The notes under the pieces: generated by a model | What the model was told of the DNA's origin: nothing | What the model saw: only the letters and a program-made list of their open reading frames with translations | Database searches by the model: none | Translations under genes and position numbers: made by a program | Virus record (IMG/VR): IMGVR_UViG_3300020191_000008 | Location: 1 to 64,000 of that record | Strand: one strand, 5' to 3' | Length of the DNA stretch: 64,000 bases | Source of the DNA: a virus | Lineage: Duplodnaviria; Caudoviricetes | In this document: positions 25,415 through 35,386 of the stretch, piece by piece | Layout: every line of letters begins with the position of its first letter | Numbering within the stretch: the first letter of the stretch is position 1

Positions 25415-26282
25415 AAAAGACTCCAAAATATCTCTGCTTCTTTTGGATATTTTGCGAGGTTACAGTAAGTTTCAACATAAATCAAAAACTTATTACCTGA
25501 AGCATTCTACTGTTTTTAATTCTTTAGAGCTAGAGGAGTATGAGTCTGAATGTTTAGATTCAGCCCTCAAAAAAGGCATTAAGAGTGAAAAGCAGCTCAT
25601 AGAGATGGCCATTAAAAGGAAATCTTGGTCTTCTTTAGAAGAGGATAAAATTAAAAATCTGAAGTGGGTAATTGAGAAGTCAGAATCAGCGGCTTCTAAA
25701 ATAGCCGATAACATGGCAAGAAAGTCATTTGAAGATTCGGTTCTCAATCAAAAAAAAGAACTACATGAGCTTGAATCTAGAAGGCACAGTTTGATCGCTC
25801 ACAGTGCTGAGAGCTTCGCTGCAAGGAAAAGAAATTATAAGGAACTAAGTTCTAATTTATTTGAGGACTTAGAGATGAAGAAAGAAATTTGTCAGGATGA
25901 TATTTTTCTTATAATGGGGTCAATTAATGAGAAATTAGAAGAGATAAACAACTATGATAACATGATTAATATGTCTTATCATTATTTATTTTTTGACGTT
26001 TATTGCCTAATGTACCGTCAACCAAACGAAATGATTGATAAAACCATTTACGATATAACAAACTGGCAAAAGACTCTGCTTTCTTGTGCTTCTGTGCTTT
26101 TGAGTAAACTGAAGAACTATGATGTTCCGAACCATGTATCAGAAGATGCTATAAAGCTTTATCAATATTCTCCAAAAGACAATGACACAAATAATCCCGA
26201 AAATAAAGTAACCCATGGAGTTGCAGATTTAAGGGAAAAAATGGCTCAAAAACAAGGCAAGCTTACTGCGGAAGATTTTTAA
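25404..26282 (+). CDS. putative tail assembly chaperone 2
   Basis: Directly precedes the tape measure gene. Confidence 0.5.
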   Translation: MMNKKDSKISLLLLDILRGYSKFQHKSKTYYLKHSTVFNSLELEEYESECLDSALKKGIKSEKQLIEMAIKRKSWSSLEEDKIKNLKWVIEKSESAASKIADNMARKSFEDSVLNQKKELHELESRRHSLIAHSAESFAARKRNYKELSSNLFEDLEMKKEICQDDIFLIMGSINEKLEEINNYDNMINMSYHYLFFDVYCLMYRQPNEMIDKTIYDITNWQKTLLSCASVLLSKLKNYDVPNHVSEDAIKLYQYSPKDNDTNNPENKVTHGVADLREKMAQKQGKLTAEDF

Positions 26283-26297
26283 GTGTATTAAATTAAG

Positions 26298-29200
26298 ATG
26301 GCAGCTCCAATTAACCTTAACGCTAATCTTAACATAAATTCCTCTAGCATAAATGCGTCTGCGAAACAGGTGCAACAAGCTTTAGGCAGAATCACAGGAC
26401 AAGCTTCAGAATTTCAAAAGTCTTTAGATGCTTCTACTGCTCGTGTCTTTGCTTTTGGAGCTACTACTAGTATTATTAATGGGATAAATCAGTCTTTTAA
26501 GAAGCTAATCAGTACTACTATTACAGTACAGGCTAAATTGACAGAGATAAACTCTATTTTAGGCGCTGGAGCCTCAGAATTCAATAATTATAGAAACTCT
26601 ATATTCAAAGTCGCTAAAAGTACGGGGCAGTCTTTTCAAACTGTAGCAGATGGAGCTGCTGAATTAGCTCGACAAGGACTTGGAGCTGCTGAAAGTGCTA
26701 AAAGATTAGAGGCTGCTCTAGTACTAACCAGAATATCTGGTTTAGGAGCACAGCAATCAGTAAAAGCATTAACTGCGGCAATGAACGGATTCACATCCGC
26801 AGGCTTAACAGCAGAGCAAGTTATCAATAAGATCGTTGCTGTAGACACGGCCTTTGCTGTATCTGCTCAAGACCTTGCGGATGGATTCAGTCGGGCAGGT
26901 TCCACCGCCGAAGACGCTGGAGTTAGTTTCGAAGAGCTTCTTGGTTTAATTACAGCCGTAGAACAGAGGACTGCACGAGGAGGGGCTGTTATTGGTAACG
27001 CATTTAAATCAATCTTCACTCGTTTGAGTCGAGGTTCAACTATTGAGGATCTTAAAGCTCTTGGGGTAGAAATTAATGCCAATCAATCAGGAGTCCAAAA
27101 ACTTCAAGCTCTTTCTAAAGCTCTGGAGCAAGTTGCGGACCCAACTGTAGCGAGTCAGATAAAAGAGTTAGCGGGTGGAGTGTTTCAAATTAACGTTGTT
27201 AGTTCTGCCTTAAAAGATTTAGGATCTGATGCTTCTATTTTTGCGAGAGCTACTGAAACTGGGTTAAATGCCACTAACGAAGCTACGAAAAAAAACACAG
27301 ATTTAAATAAGACATTACTGGCTCAAATTAACAGTTTGACAGTGTCTATTACGAGTTTTGCAGAAAAGCTTGGTAGTATCACTTTTGGTCCTCTTTTGGA
27401 AAATTTAGTTTCACTAGCCACAAAATTATCAGAAGGATTGGATAGTGCTCTCGACCCAGAAAAAGGCAGTAAATTTATTCAAGGTATATTTAAAGTTATT
27501 GGTGGTTTTATATCTGGTCCAGGATTAGCTATCTTTACAATTGCTTTCGCTAAGATATTTAAAACAGTTATTAAGTTCGCCAAAGAAGGATTTAAGACTG
27601 TTATGGAAATAGGTTCCGCTACTGAAAGAATCAAACAAATTGAAGGTGGTCTGATTGGTTTATTACAAAAGGATGCAGGCTTAAGAGAGACACTTCTTAA
27701 TACTACCGCAACTCAAGCTCAAAAAGAACAAGCTGTAATCTCTGCAATCCGACAAGAAAATATGTTGTTAGCTCAACAAGAATCTCTTGTTGCTAATATT
27801 TCTAATATAGCTAGACAAAGAGGAGTGACTGGATTTGATTCAAGCACAGGTTCCTTTAAAGGTAAAAGAGGAAGACGTTATGCTGCTGGAGGAGCTGGCG
27901 AAATGGAGCCTAACTTGATGACCGCCATGATGAATGAGGCTAGAGATGCTCCCGCTGGAGCAGTGCCTTATGTTACTAATTTTAGAGGTAGTCCTGCGGT
28001 GATGAACACTTCTGAAATGCAAGTAAAAATTGGTGGTAGAGAGGAAATACTTACGGCAGATCAAATTCCTAGATTTAACGGAGGTAGCGGAAAGAAGAAA
28101 CAATATAAAGGGAAAAAAGCGTCAGCGAAAGGGACTGATATTAAGAATGATAAAGAACTTGGAGATCGTTTCGTATTTTTGACTCCCCAAATAGACGAAA
28201 GAAGTTCTTTCGGTCCAATGACGGTGGATAAGACAAGGCACAAAGCGACTCATCAAATTCATGGAATAAAGTCATCTCAAATTAAATCAATATCTGACAA
28301 GGAAGAAGATACACTTGAATCTAAAGTTAGAAATAGTTTGTTTAAAGAGGCTTCTGATTGGACTTCAAGAATAAGGCCATTGGATAAATCTGCACCAATA
28401 TCCGAAATAGAAAAAGGGTTTGATACTATTCGTGGGGCTAAAGGAGCTTTGAACGGTGCTATTGGATCGGCATTTGAAGTGGGCATAAGCAAGTCTTTAA
28501 AATATGAGGGTAGAGAAAGAGATGCGGGTGGTGATTTTGATGTTAGAGGAGGGCCAAATATCAGCAAAATTCAAAAGCTTTTTGGGATACGTCAGACTAT
28601 TGGTGATTTTAAAAATTCTAGCTCTGATGGAAACAAGAGATCATTCATCAGAAAAGTTAGAAGAGAAAAAAATGCTGGAGCATTTACCGAAAACGAAGTT
28701 AGAGAACAAACTGCTAAAATTAGCGAAAGAGAAGGAATTCCTCTTAGAGTTGCACGTAGGAAAGCAACTAGCGCACAAAGAGCGAGCAGAAACCCTAGCA
28801 GTAACGCAAAAGGCACTATAAGTAATTCTAGGCTAGCTGCTAGAACTGGCATCCGCCGTTTTGCAAAAGGCTCTCCGACAAAATCTATTTCTGATGTCAC
28901 AAACGCATCAGAAACTCGACAAAAAATAACTCTTGACTTATCAACAGTTCAGAAAGAAATAAAAAGAGTAAATGAAGCATTCGTAGAGGCTAGCAAATCA
29001 GCTAAAAAAAGTTCTGCGGGAATCAGGGCAGCAGCAGAAGTAAAAGCTCACTCTCTAAAAAAGCTAGGTGAGATTTATAAAATAAATACAAAAACAATAA
29101 CCGCAGCAGCTAACGCCGAAAGAAAAAGAAATTCAATAATTTCAAGGGGCGTTAAGGGTGCTACCAAAAAAGGGATAGCAGGAATTAAAGCTTCGGGAGG

Positions 29201-30866
29201 TTTAGGGGTTGGATTTGCTCTTAGTGCGATAGGAACGGGTTTAGATTCTTTGGGTAGAGACGAAGAAGGTAATGAAACAGATAATGAATTTGGGAAAGCA
29301 GCTAGAGTTGCTGGCAAAACAGCCAGCTTTGCTGCAACTGGTGCAATGTTTGGAGGCCCCATAGGAGCTGCGGTTGGTGGAGCTATTGGACTTGGCTTGG
29401 GTCTTTTCGAAGAAAGTAAAAAGACAGACGAAAGAAAAGCTGAAGAAACAGACAAAAGAAATAAGTTAGACTCTAGAGTGGAAATCTCTAAAAGAATGCA
29501 GGGTAAGTTATCAGAATTTGGAGATATTGATCAACAATCTGTTCAATTGAAGAACTTGTCTTTCAGGACTGGAGATACTAGTCTAGATATTTCTAGTGAA
29601 TTAAAAAGAGCAAAAGAGCAGTTAGATAAATCAGCAGATAGTGGAGAGGGATTTTACGAAGCTCAAAAAGCTTATAATACTGTATCTAAGAAAGTAGCAA
29701 AATTGCTTGGTGATAAAGATGGGATTCAAGCACTTTATGCAGAAGGCGCTAAAATAAAATCAGAACTTAAATCTTTGATGAGTGAAAATGCTGGAGCTAC
29801 CCTAAAGAAACAGTTGTCACAAGGGCAAGACGAAGTAGACACAAGATCAGCTTTACTCAATCAGATGGTCGGATCAGACCCAGCAAGCCAAGCAAGAATA
29901 GAAGAACTTAAGAGAAAAAATCAAATAGACAATCAAATTTTGAAAACCGCTGGTGCAAAAGCTAATCAATTAGATTTGCAAGCGCAATTGTCTGGAACAA
30001 CCGATCCAGCTCAAAGAGCGGAGATAGGCAAACAATTAAAGGAAGCTGGTAAAACTTTTAATGCAAGTGTCCGTCAAAGTGCTAATTTCCTAGTTAGCAA
30101 ACAAATGGAAATCTCTAGACTTCTTGAGCAAGGAGCTAAAGAAAGAATTAATCTAGAAGGAAATGTTCTTAGAGGAGTATTTGCTGACATTACTAAAGGT
30201 GTGAGAGAAGGTCCATTTAACCTTGACGAAGTAACTCAGTTTGGGAAAGACTTTAAATCAGCAAAAACTGATGAAGAAAAAGCTGAAATTATCGCTTCCT
30301 TCAATACTAATGTTCTTGGAAAGTTTGGAGGAAATAAAGCAATGCAAGATTTTCTAAGCAAGATGGCTGGATTTCTGCCTAATTCAGAGAATGATAAAAG
30401 TAACATGGTTACAAGCCAAAAAGAAATAGACCGCATTACAGGCAAAACGGTAGTCACAGGAGGAGAGCGGCAGTCTGACAGAGATACGTTTATATCACTT
30501 GGTCAAGGAGGCGTAGCCAAAAAAGCTTTGAAAGACTTTAATGATAGGATGGCGGGGTTACAAGCAGAGTTTGATGCCGTATCAGAATCAATAAAAACTT
30601 TCTCTACAGAATTCAATGCTGGCCCTGTTGTAGACTCAGTAAAGGCTACGGCACGTAAACTTAACCAGTTCGCCTACGAGACTTCGAAAGTACCAGAAGC
30701 ATCAAAAAAACTTGTAGACATTTCCAAGAGAGCAGTGGCATTAGCGGGCGTAGCGGAAAAAAATATTGCAGACCAAGAAATAAAACTAGAAGAGTTAAGA
30801 AGTAGGCTTGAAAAAGTCGAACTTGATAAAAAGAATATAACCAATAATCTGGGTAATGGAGGGTAA
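26298..30866 (+). CDS. tape measure protein (TP901-type core)
   Basis: 1522 aa, Ala/Gly/Lys-rich. Core motifs AELARQG, TAAMNGF, DLADGFSRAGS and GNAFKSIFTRL; hydrophobic GA..GA.IG stretch. Confidence 0.92.
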   Translation: MAAPINLNANLNINSSSINASAKQVQQALGRITGQASEFQKSLDASTARVFAFGATTSIINGINQSFKKLISTTITVQAKLTEINSILGAGASEFNNYRNSIFKVAKSTGQSFQTVADGAAELARQGLGAAESAKRLEAALVLTRISGLGAQQSVKALTAAMNGFTSAGLTAEQVINKIVAVDTAFAVSAQDLADGFSRAGSTAEDAGVSFEELLGLITAVEQRTARGGAVIGNAFKSIFTRLSRGSTIEDLKALGVEINANQSGVQKLQALSKALEQVADPTVASQIKELAGGVFQINVVSSALKDLGSDASIFARATETGLNATNEATKKNTDLNKTLLAQINSLTVSITSFAEKLGSITFGPLLENLVSLATKLSEGLDSALDPEKGSKFIQGIFKVIGGFISGPGLAIFTIAFAKIFKTVIKFAKEGFKTVMEIGSATERIKQIEGGLIGLLQKDAGLRETLLNTTATQAQKEQAVISAIRQENMLLAQQESLVANISNIARQRGVTGFDSSTGSFKGKRGRRYAAGGAGEMEPNLMTAMMNEARDAPAGAVPYVTNFRGSPAVMNTSEMQVKIGGREEILTADQIPRFNGGSGKKKQYKGKKASAKGTDIKNDKELGDRFVFLTPQIDERSSFGPMTVDKTRHKATHQIHGIKSSQIKSISDKEEDTLESKVRNSLFKEASDWTSRIRPLDKSAPISEIEKGFDTIRGAKGALNGAIGSAFEVGISKSLKYEGRERDAGGDFDVRGGPNISKIQKLFGIRQTIGDFKNSSSDGNKRSFIRKVRREKNAGAFTENEVREQTAKISEREGIPLRVARRKATSAQRASRNPSSNAKGTISNSRLAARTGIRRFAKGSPTKSISDVTNASETRQKITLDLSTVQKEIKRVNEAFVEASKSAKKSSAGIRAAAEVKAHSLKKLGEIYKINTKTITAAANAERKRNSIISRGVKGATKKGIAGIKASGGLGVGFALSAIGTGLDSLGRDEEGNETDNEFGKAARVAGKTASFAATGAMFGGPIGAAVGGAIGLGLGLFEESKKTDERKAEETDKRNKLDSRVEISKRMQGKLSEFGDIDQQSVQLKNLSFRTGDTSLDISSELKRAKEQLDKSADSGEGFYEAQKAYNTVSKKVAKLLGDKDGIQALYAEGAKIKSELKSLMSENAGATLKKQLSQGQDEVDTRSALLNQMVGSDPASQARIEELKRKNQIDNQILKTAGAKANQLDLQAQLSGTTDPAQRAEIGKQLKEAGKTFNASVRQSANFLVSKQMEISRLLEQGAKERINLEGNVLRGVFADITKGVREGPFNLDEVTQFGKDFKSAKTDEEKAEIIASFNTNVLGKFGGNKAMQDFLSKMAGFLPNSENDKSNMVTSQKEIDRITGKTVVTGGERQSDRDTFISLGQGGVAKKALKDFNDRMAGLQAEFDAVSESIKTFSTEFNAGPVVDSVKATARKLNQFAYETSKVPEASKKLVDISKRAVALAGVAEKNIADQEIKLEELRSRLEKVELDKKNITNNLGNGG

Positions 30867-30868
30867 TA

Positions 30869-32413
30869 ATGAGCTTAATAGTAAATAATGTTATTAATTC
30901 CAGTTCTCAAATAAGTTATTCTTATTTAGGGGGAGAGGAGATTTTTGGCTATTTAATTAATTTAAATTATACAATAAAAACTGAAGATATTTCTTTTGAT
31001 AATGATGATGGAGTTTTATTGACAGGAAGATCTGCAATTCGTCAAGCTTATAAAAGAAAGAATATCACAGCTAGAATAGCTGGAGATGAAATATTAAATG
31101 GATTAATAACTCAAGTTTCTTTTTCTGAAAGCTCCTTAACTGGAGAAGACATAGTAACCATATCAATAGAAGAAAGAAGAAGGTTGGATGATTATAGTTC
31201 TAAAACTTTTTCAAAATATATTCCTAGTCCACATTTATTGACAGAGTTTTCAGAAAAATATACTTTCTCAAGGTCTGATTCTAGTTATAGTTATAACAGA
31301 GATATATCCATTAAATATGCTCAAGATTTAGGAGATCAATTTTTAAATAACGCTAAAGCCTTCTTAACTAATTATTATTTTTCTAATAGGCCATCTATTG
31401 GTTATTATGAAGATGGCATTTCAGAGAATGCTAGATTTAACGAAGGGTATAATGGAACTTTAACAGAGACTATAGACTTAGTAAACTTGTCTGTATCTTT
31501 GAATGAAGTTTTTAATTCTTCGTTTATCTTTGATTCTGAAGGAGTTTCAAAAGACATTGATATATCGTCAAGTATCGACGATAAAGGTTATTTGAATAAA
31601 CAAATTTCTGTTAAATTGACTTCTTTAAGATACGATTCTCAGAATATTTTAGAAGAAGCCATAGCTAATACAATAGATCAAATTATATCTGATGAAGAAT
31701 CAGATTTCGGAAAACCCTTTTCTATTGAAAAGGGAATTAAAAAAGACTCCAATGTTGCTGACTTAACAATTCAATTTTCAACAGACCCGAAACTAACAAA
31801 AGAAAACTTAGTTACATATACTTGTGAGAAAAGCAAAGATCAAGCTTTTTTTACGTATACTTTGGCTGTTACATATAAATCAAAGGGGCCTAATGTACTA
31901 GAAAGGTATAACAATACAGTTTCTCTATGGGAATCTTCAAAAGATAAAAATGAACCCAAAGTATTGAGACTATTTTCTGAAGCTACTTCTATTTACGAAA
32001 AATCAAGATCAGCTAGTTTAAATAAAAGTGAAGGAACTATTACTGAAAATATAATCTTTTCTACAGATGAAAATTATGATTCTTCGGGGTTACCAAGTGG
32101 AATTATAAAATATGCAATTAATGTATCCAAACAAGAAAAAATAAAAAGAAATTCTGTTGTTTTGGATTTAATTAATTTAAAGCAAAAATTGGTAACTTCG
32201 AATTTAGATCGTCTTGGGTCTGCTTCTGTAACAGCTACTGCTGTTTGTGATCAAGCTTATGGAATATTTCACGCAAAAGATTTTTTAGCCTCTAAAACTT
32301 CCGAAATAAATGACTCTTTGGAAGAAGAAGCTTACTATGCGACAGCTGATGTAATCCAAATTGATTTATCAAATGGTAGTGCAACTCGTGTAATAAACTA
32401 TATAATCGCTTAA
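30869..32413 (+). CDS. tail tip/distal tail protein
   Basis: Follows the tape measure gene; Ser/Tyr/Thr beta-rich. Confidence 0.55.
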   Translation: MSLIVNNVINSSSQISYSYLGGEEIFGYLINLNYTIKTEDISFDNDDGVLLTGRSAIRQAYKRKNITARIAGDEILNGLITQVSFSESSLTGEDIVTISIEERRRLDDYSSKTFSKYIPSPHLLTEFSEKYTFSRSDSSYSYNRDISIKYAQDLGDQFLNNAKAFLTNYYFSNRPSIGYYEDGISENARFNEGYNGTLTETIDLVNLSVSLNEVFNSSFIFDSEGVSKDIDISSSIDDKGYLNKQISVKLTSLRYDSQNILEEAIANTIDQIISDEESDFGKPFSIEKGIKKDSNVADLTIQFSTDPKLTKENLVTYTCEKSKDQAFFTYTLAVTYKSKGPNVLERYNNTVSLWESSKDKNEPKVLRLFSEATSIYEKSRSASLNKSEGTITENIIFSTDENYDSSGLPSGIIKYAINVSKQEKIKRNSVVLDLINLKQKLVTSNLDRLGSASVTATAVCDQAYGIFHAKDFLASKTSEINDSLEEEAYYATADVIQIDLSNGSATRVINYIIA

Positions 32414-32414
32414 T

Positions 32415-34010
32415 ATGCCTAATTCTATAACATATGGTAGTTACTCATTCCCAGAACCTCTCCCATTATTTGCGGAACAGGATCAATCGGTTAATTTGGG
32501 CGGACTGTATGATCATAGTGCGATTAATGTAAACATAATAGGTTATTTTACTGGAGCAGATTTAAGTGGGCTTGATTTGCAAAAAATGCAAATGATTAGT
32601 GGCTTTTTAAATGAATACCAAGATTTAACTATAACTGTCGGCAACGAATCTAAAACATGCCCCAAAGCTTTTGTTCAAAATATTGATTTTGGAGAAAGTG
32701 ATTCAACCACATTCCAACCGTACAACTTAACTGTTACATATTATTCTGGAGAAACTTTTTCTGAATATTTTAGAGTTACTCAACCTGAAAATAATTGGTC
32801 CTATTCAGAAGGTGAAAATAAAGTCATAACGGCAACACATAGAGTTTCTGCAAAAGGCTTAAAAGTAGATGGAGATAGTGCATTCGATAATGCTAAGAAT
32901 TTTGTTAATGAAAAATTAGTTGGGTTCGAAAATATATCTTTATTTAATGGTACTGGCAATGCTTTTCTAAAATCTAGAAATGAAGATATTGATTTAGCAG
33001 AAAATTCTTACACAATTACTGAGGTATATTTATATTCTTCTTCTGATAGGCCCATTTCGAATAAAGGTATTTTAGACGTTTCTACGTCCATTTCTTATAA
33101 TTCAGAGCAACAGTTATCATTATCTGTTCAGGGGAGCTTACAGGGGAGGATAGATGCCAATACGGGCATTCAAGAGGGATTACTGTCTACTGGAGATTTT
33201 TCTGCTGAACAAGCTACTGATATTGCAGTTAATGCTTTAGCGAATTCTTATTCTCAATATGAGTCTGGAGTATATAGTTTTGTTTCTAACGGTCCCTCTT
33301 CTTTTAATTATGATTTAAATACTGGATCTAATTTATTAAACTTCAGCTTTTCTTTTGAAGATGCTGAAAATTTAGATTTAATTAATGAAGAAGTTCTGCA
33401 TAAATATAGTTCTTCTGTAAGCGTTTCTAAAGATTCTTCTATTGCTAATATCAGTGTTAATGGTAATTTGAGCTATAGAGGAACTTCGATTATCGACAGA
33501 GCAGATGATGAAAGTTTAAATGAAAGATTTCTCGCTGTTGAGTCAGCTTACTCTGAAGTAGATCAATATTCTATAGCTAAGTCTTCTTTCCAAGAATTTA
33601 CGGGAGTTGCTACTGGATACGAATTTTTATCTTCTTACATCGACTCTGAACCTGAAAATTTTAGCATTACTAAAGATCCTATTGAAAATACAATATCTTA
33701 TAATTATACTTATAGTAACTCTATTGATTTTTCGAATGGAACTTTAAATAATTTAAAGTTAACAATAAAAGATAAAAAACCTTTGGTTGTTGTCAATGTT
33801 CAAGAAACTATTAGTGGATTTGAAGCTGCTGAAGTAATATCTAGAAGCTTGGGCGAGTACTCTGTTTCAGCTAGCGCTAATAATCAAGGAGAAGATTTGG
33901 ATACATTAAAAGATATTGTGTCTGGATATTGTAGCGGGAAATTTTTCCAATCTGAATCTTATGATACTGGGCAAAATTCAATATCTTATAATTTGCAAAA
34001 ATATTATTAA
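32415..34010 (+). CDS. tail tip protein (possible paralog of previous)
   Basis: Similar size, composition and repeating beta pattern. Confidence 0.55.
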   Translation: MPNSITYGSYSFPEPLPLFAEQDQSVNLGGLYDHSAINVNIIGYFTGADLSGLDLQKMQMISGFLNEYQDLTITVGNESKTCPKAFVQNIDFGESDSTTFQPYNLTVTYYSGETFSEYFRVTQPENNWSYSEGENKVITATHRVSAKGLKVDGDSAFDNAKNFVNEKLVGFENISLFNGTGNAFLKSRNEDIDLAENSYTITEVYLYSSSDRPISNKGILDVSTSISYNSEQQLSLSVQGSLQGRIDANTGIQEGLLSTGDFSAEQATDIAVNALANSYSQYESGVYSFVSNGPSSFNYDLNTGSNLLNFSFSFEDAENLDLINEEVLHKYSSSVSVSKDSSIANISVNGNLSYRGTSIIDRADDESLNERFLAVESAYSEVDQYSIAKSSFQEFTGVATGYEFLSSYIDSEPENFSITKDPIENTISYNYTYSNSIDFSNGTLNNLKLTIKDKKPLVVVNVQETISGFEAAEVISRSLGEYSVSASANNQGEDLDTLKDIVSGYCSGKFFQSESYDTGQNSISYNLQKYY

Positions 34011-35386
34011 TGAGTGATACGGGTTTATATTTTGTAATGCAAGAGAGTCTTGGTTCTAACCAAAGATTGTCTGCTTTTTATGATTTTAATTATTCTTCTG
34101 ATGAGATAGATATATTAGGCGCTGGGTCAGATTTTACAGGAGTTCTGCTTAATAATGAATTAGTAAATCAACCTTCATTACATACAGGTTATGTTTTAGG
34201 TTCATATGAATCTTCTGAAATCGATGCTAACAATAATCTTCAAACTTTATTGGCTAACAACAAGCTTCCGTTGACTTCTGGAAACTTGAGAATACCTTTA
34301 GATGGTTTAAATGCCAATGATATTTCAGTCATTATAGATTTTGAATTCGAAGGTGCTGTAGATGATGGTGTTTTATTGGGCTGCTTTAAAAAAAGAAAAG
34401 AAAGTGCAAGTTTTAATTCTTTTGATAACTCTGAAGGATTCAATATAGGAATCACTGATAGGGGTCATTTGTTTTGCCAAACCTATGGTCCAAATGGAGA
34501 TTCTGTTGATGTCATTACAGATATTGAGTTATCTAAAAGAAATGTTATTGGTGTGTCTGTTTCTGAAAGTACTTTATCTTTAGGGACTTTTGATTACTTT
34601 AATAATATTGTACGTTCTGTTGATATACCAGTTGATGGAGATTACATTTACCAAACTGGATTCTTGAATTTTGGTGGATCAGATAATTATTTTAGATCTG
34701 AAAGCAATTCAGAAGAAACATTTAGTGGTAGTTTACATAATCTTGCTTTGTTCTCTGGATATTTGGAGCCTAGATTTCTCAAGCAACTTTCAGAAGGTAT
34801 TCTTGGTGATTATTTTTATAACGGTCCAGTCGAATCTGAATCTCAGAGAGTGACAGGTTATAGCGATGTTATTGTATATAAAACAGGAGTTACTGGTTAT
34901 GAGTATACTTCTACTGGATCTCTAACAATTGCCACAGGTAGAGAATACTTTACAGGCAGTTTTTCTACGAATTCTTCGGAAACGAAGAAGGAGGGAGAAC
35001 GTTTTTACAAATACTATACGTTAAATAACGGAGATACTGAGACATTTTATAAAGAAGAAATTGGCCAACTACATTCTGAATCTGGCTACATTTATTATCC
35101 TACAGGAGAGGATGCTTATGATACTTTGGGTTTAAATGACATATCGGAGTCAATCCAAACTTACGTGGAAACTACTGGTATTGAACAAGGGTCTGCTACA
35201 ATAAATCTTTATGGTAGAAATGCTCTCACAGGAATGTTGAACGAAGTTAGTGGGGTAACTACTACTGCTCTCTACGAAACAGTGTCAAGTTTCTCAACAC
35301 CTTCTTCTGGCGTAAATTTAGGTCATGAATCAGAAGATTTTAAAAAGAATTTTATTTATTACATAGGAACAAGAGATGAATTTTAA
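34010..35386 (+). CDS. tail protein with LamG/concanavalin-like segment
   Basis: FNIGITDRGHL...LNFGG...FSGSLHNLALFSGYL resembles a LamG-3 domain. Confidence 0.6.
   Translation: MSDTGLYFVMQESLGSNQRLSAFYDFNYSSDEIDILGAGSDFTGVLLNNELVNQPSLHTGYVLGSYESSEIDANNNLQTLLANNKLPLTSGNLRIPLDGLNANDISVIIDFEFEGAVDDGVLLGCFKKRKESASFNSFDNSEGFNIGITDRGHLFCQTYGPNGDSVDVITDIELSKRNVIGVSVSESTLSLGTFDYFNNIVRSVDIPVDGDYIYQTGFLNFGGSDNYFRSESNSEETFSGSLHNLALFSGYLEPRFLKQLSEGILGDYFYNGPVESESQRVTGYSDVIVYKTGVTGYEYTSTGSLTIATGREYFTGSFSTNSSETKKEGERFYKYYTLNNGDTETFYKEEIGQLHSESGYIYYPTGEDAYDTLGLNDISESIQTYVETTGIEQGSATINLYGRNALTGMLNEVSGVTTTALYETVSSFSTPSSGVNLGHESEDFKKNFIYYIGTRDEF

Noticed and set aside
24626-26282. Lambda G/GT-type -1 frameshift between tail chaperones
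   Set aside because: The second ORF is in the +1 frame relative to the first, has its own ATG, and I saw no convincing slippery heptamer leading into it.
21999-26297. Contractile tail (myovirus)
   Set aside because: No sheath-sized gene lies between the neck and tube genes, and no gpW/gpJ-type baseplate motifs were recognised.
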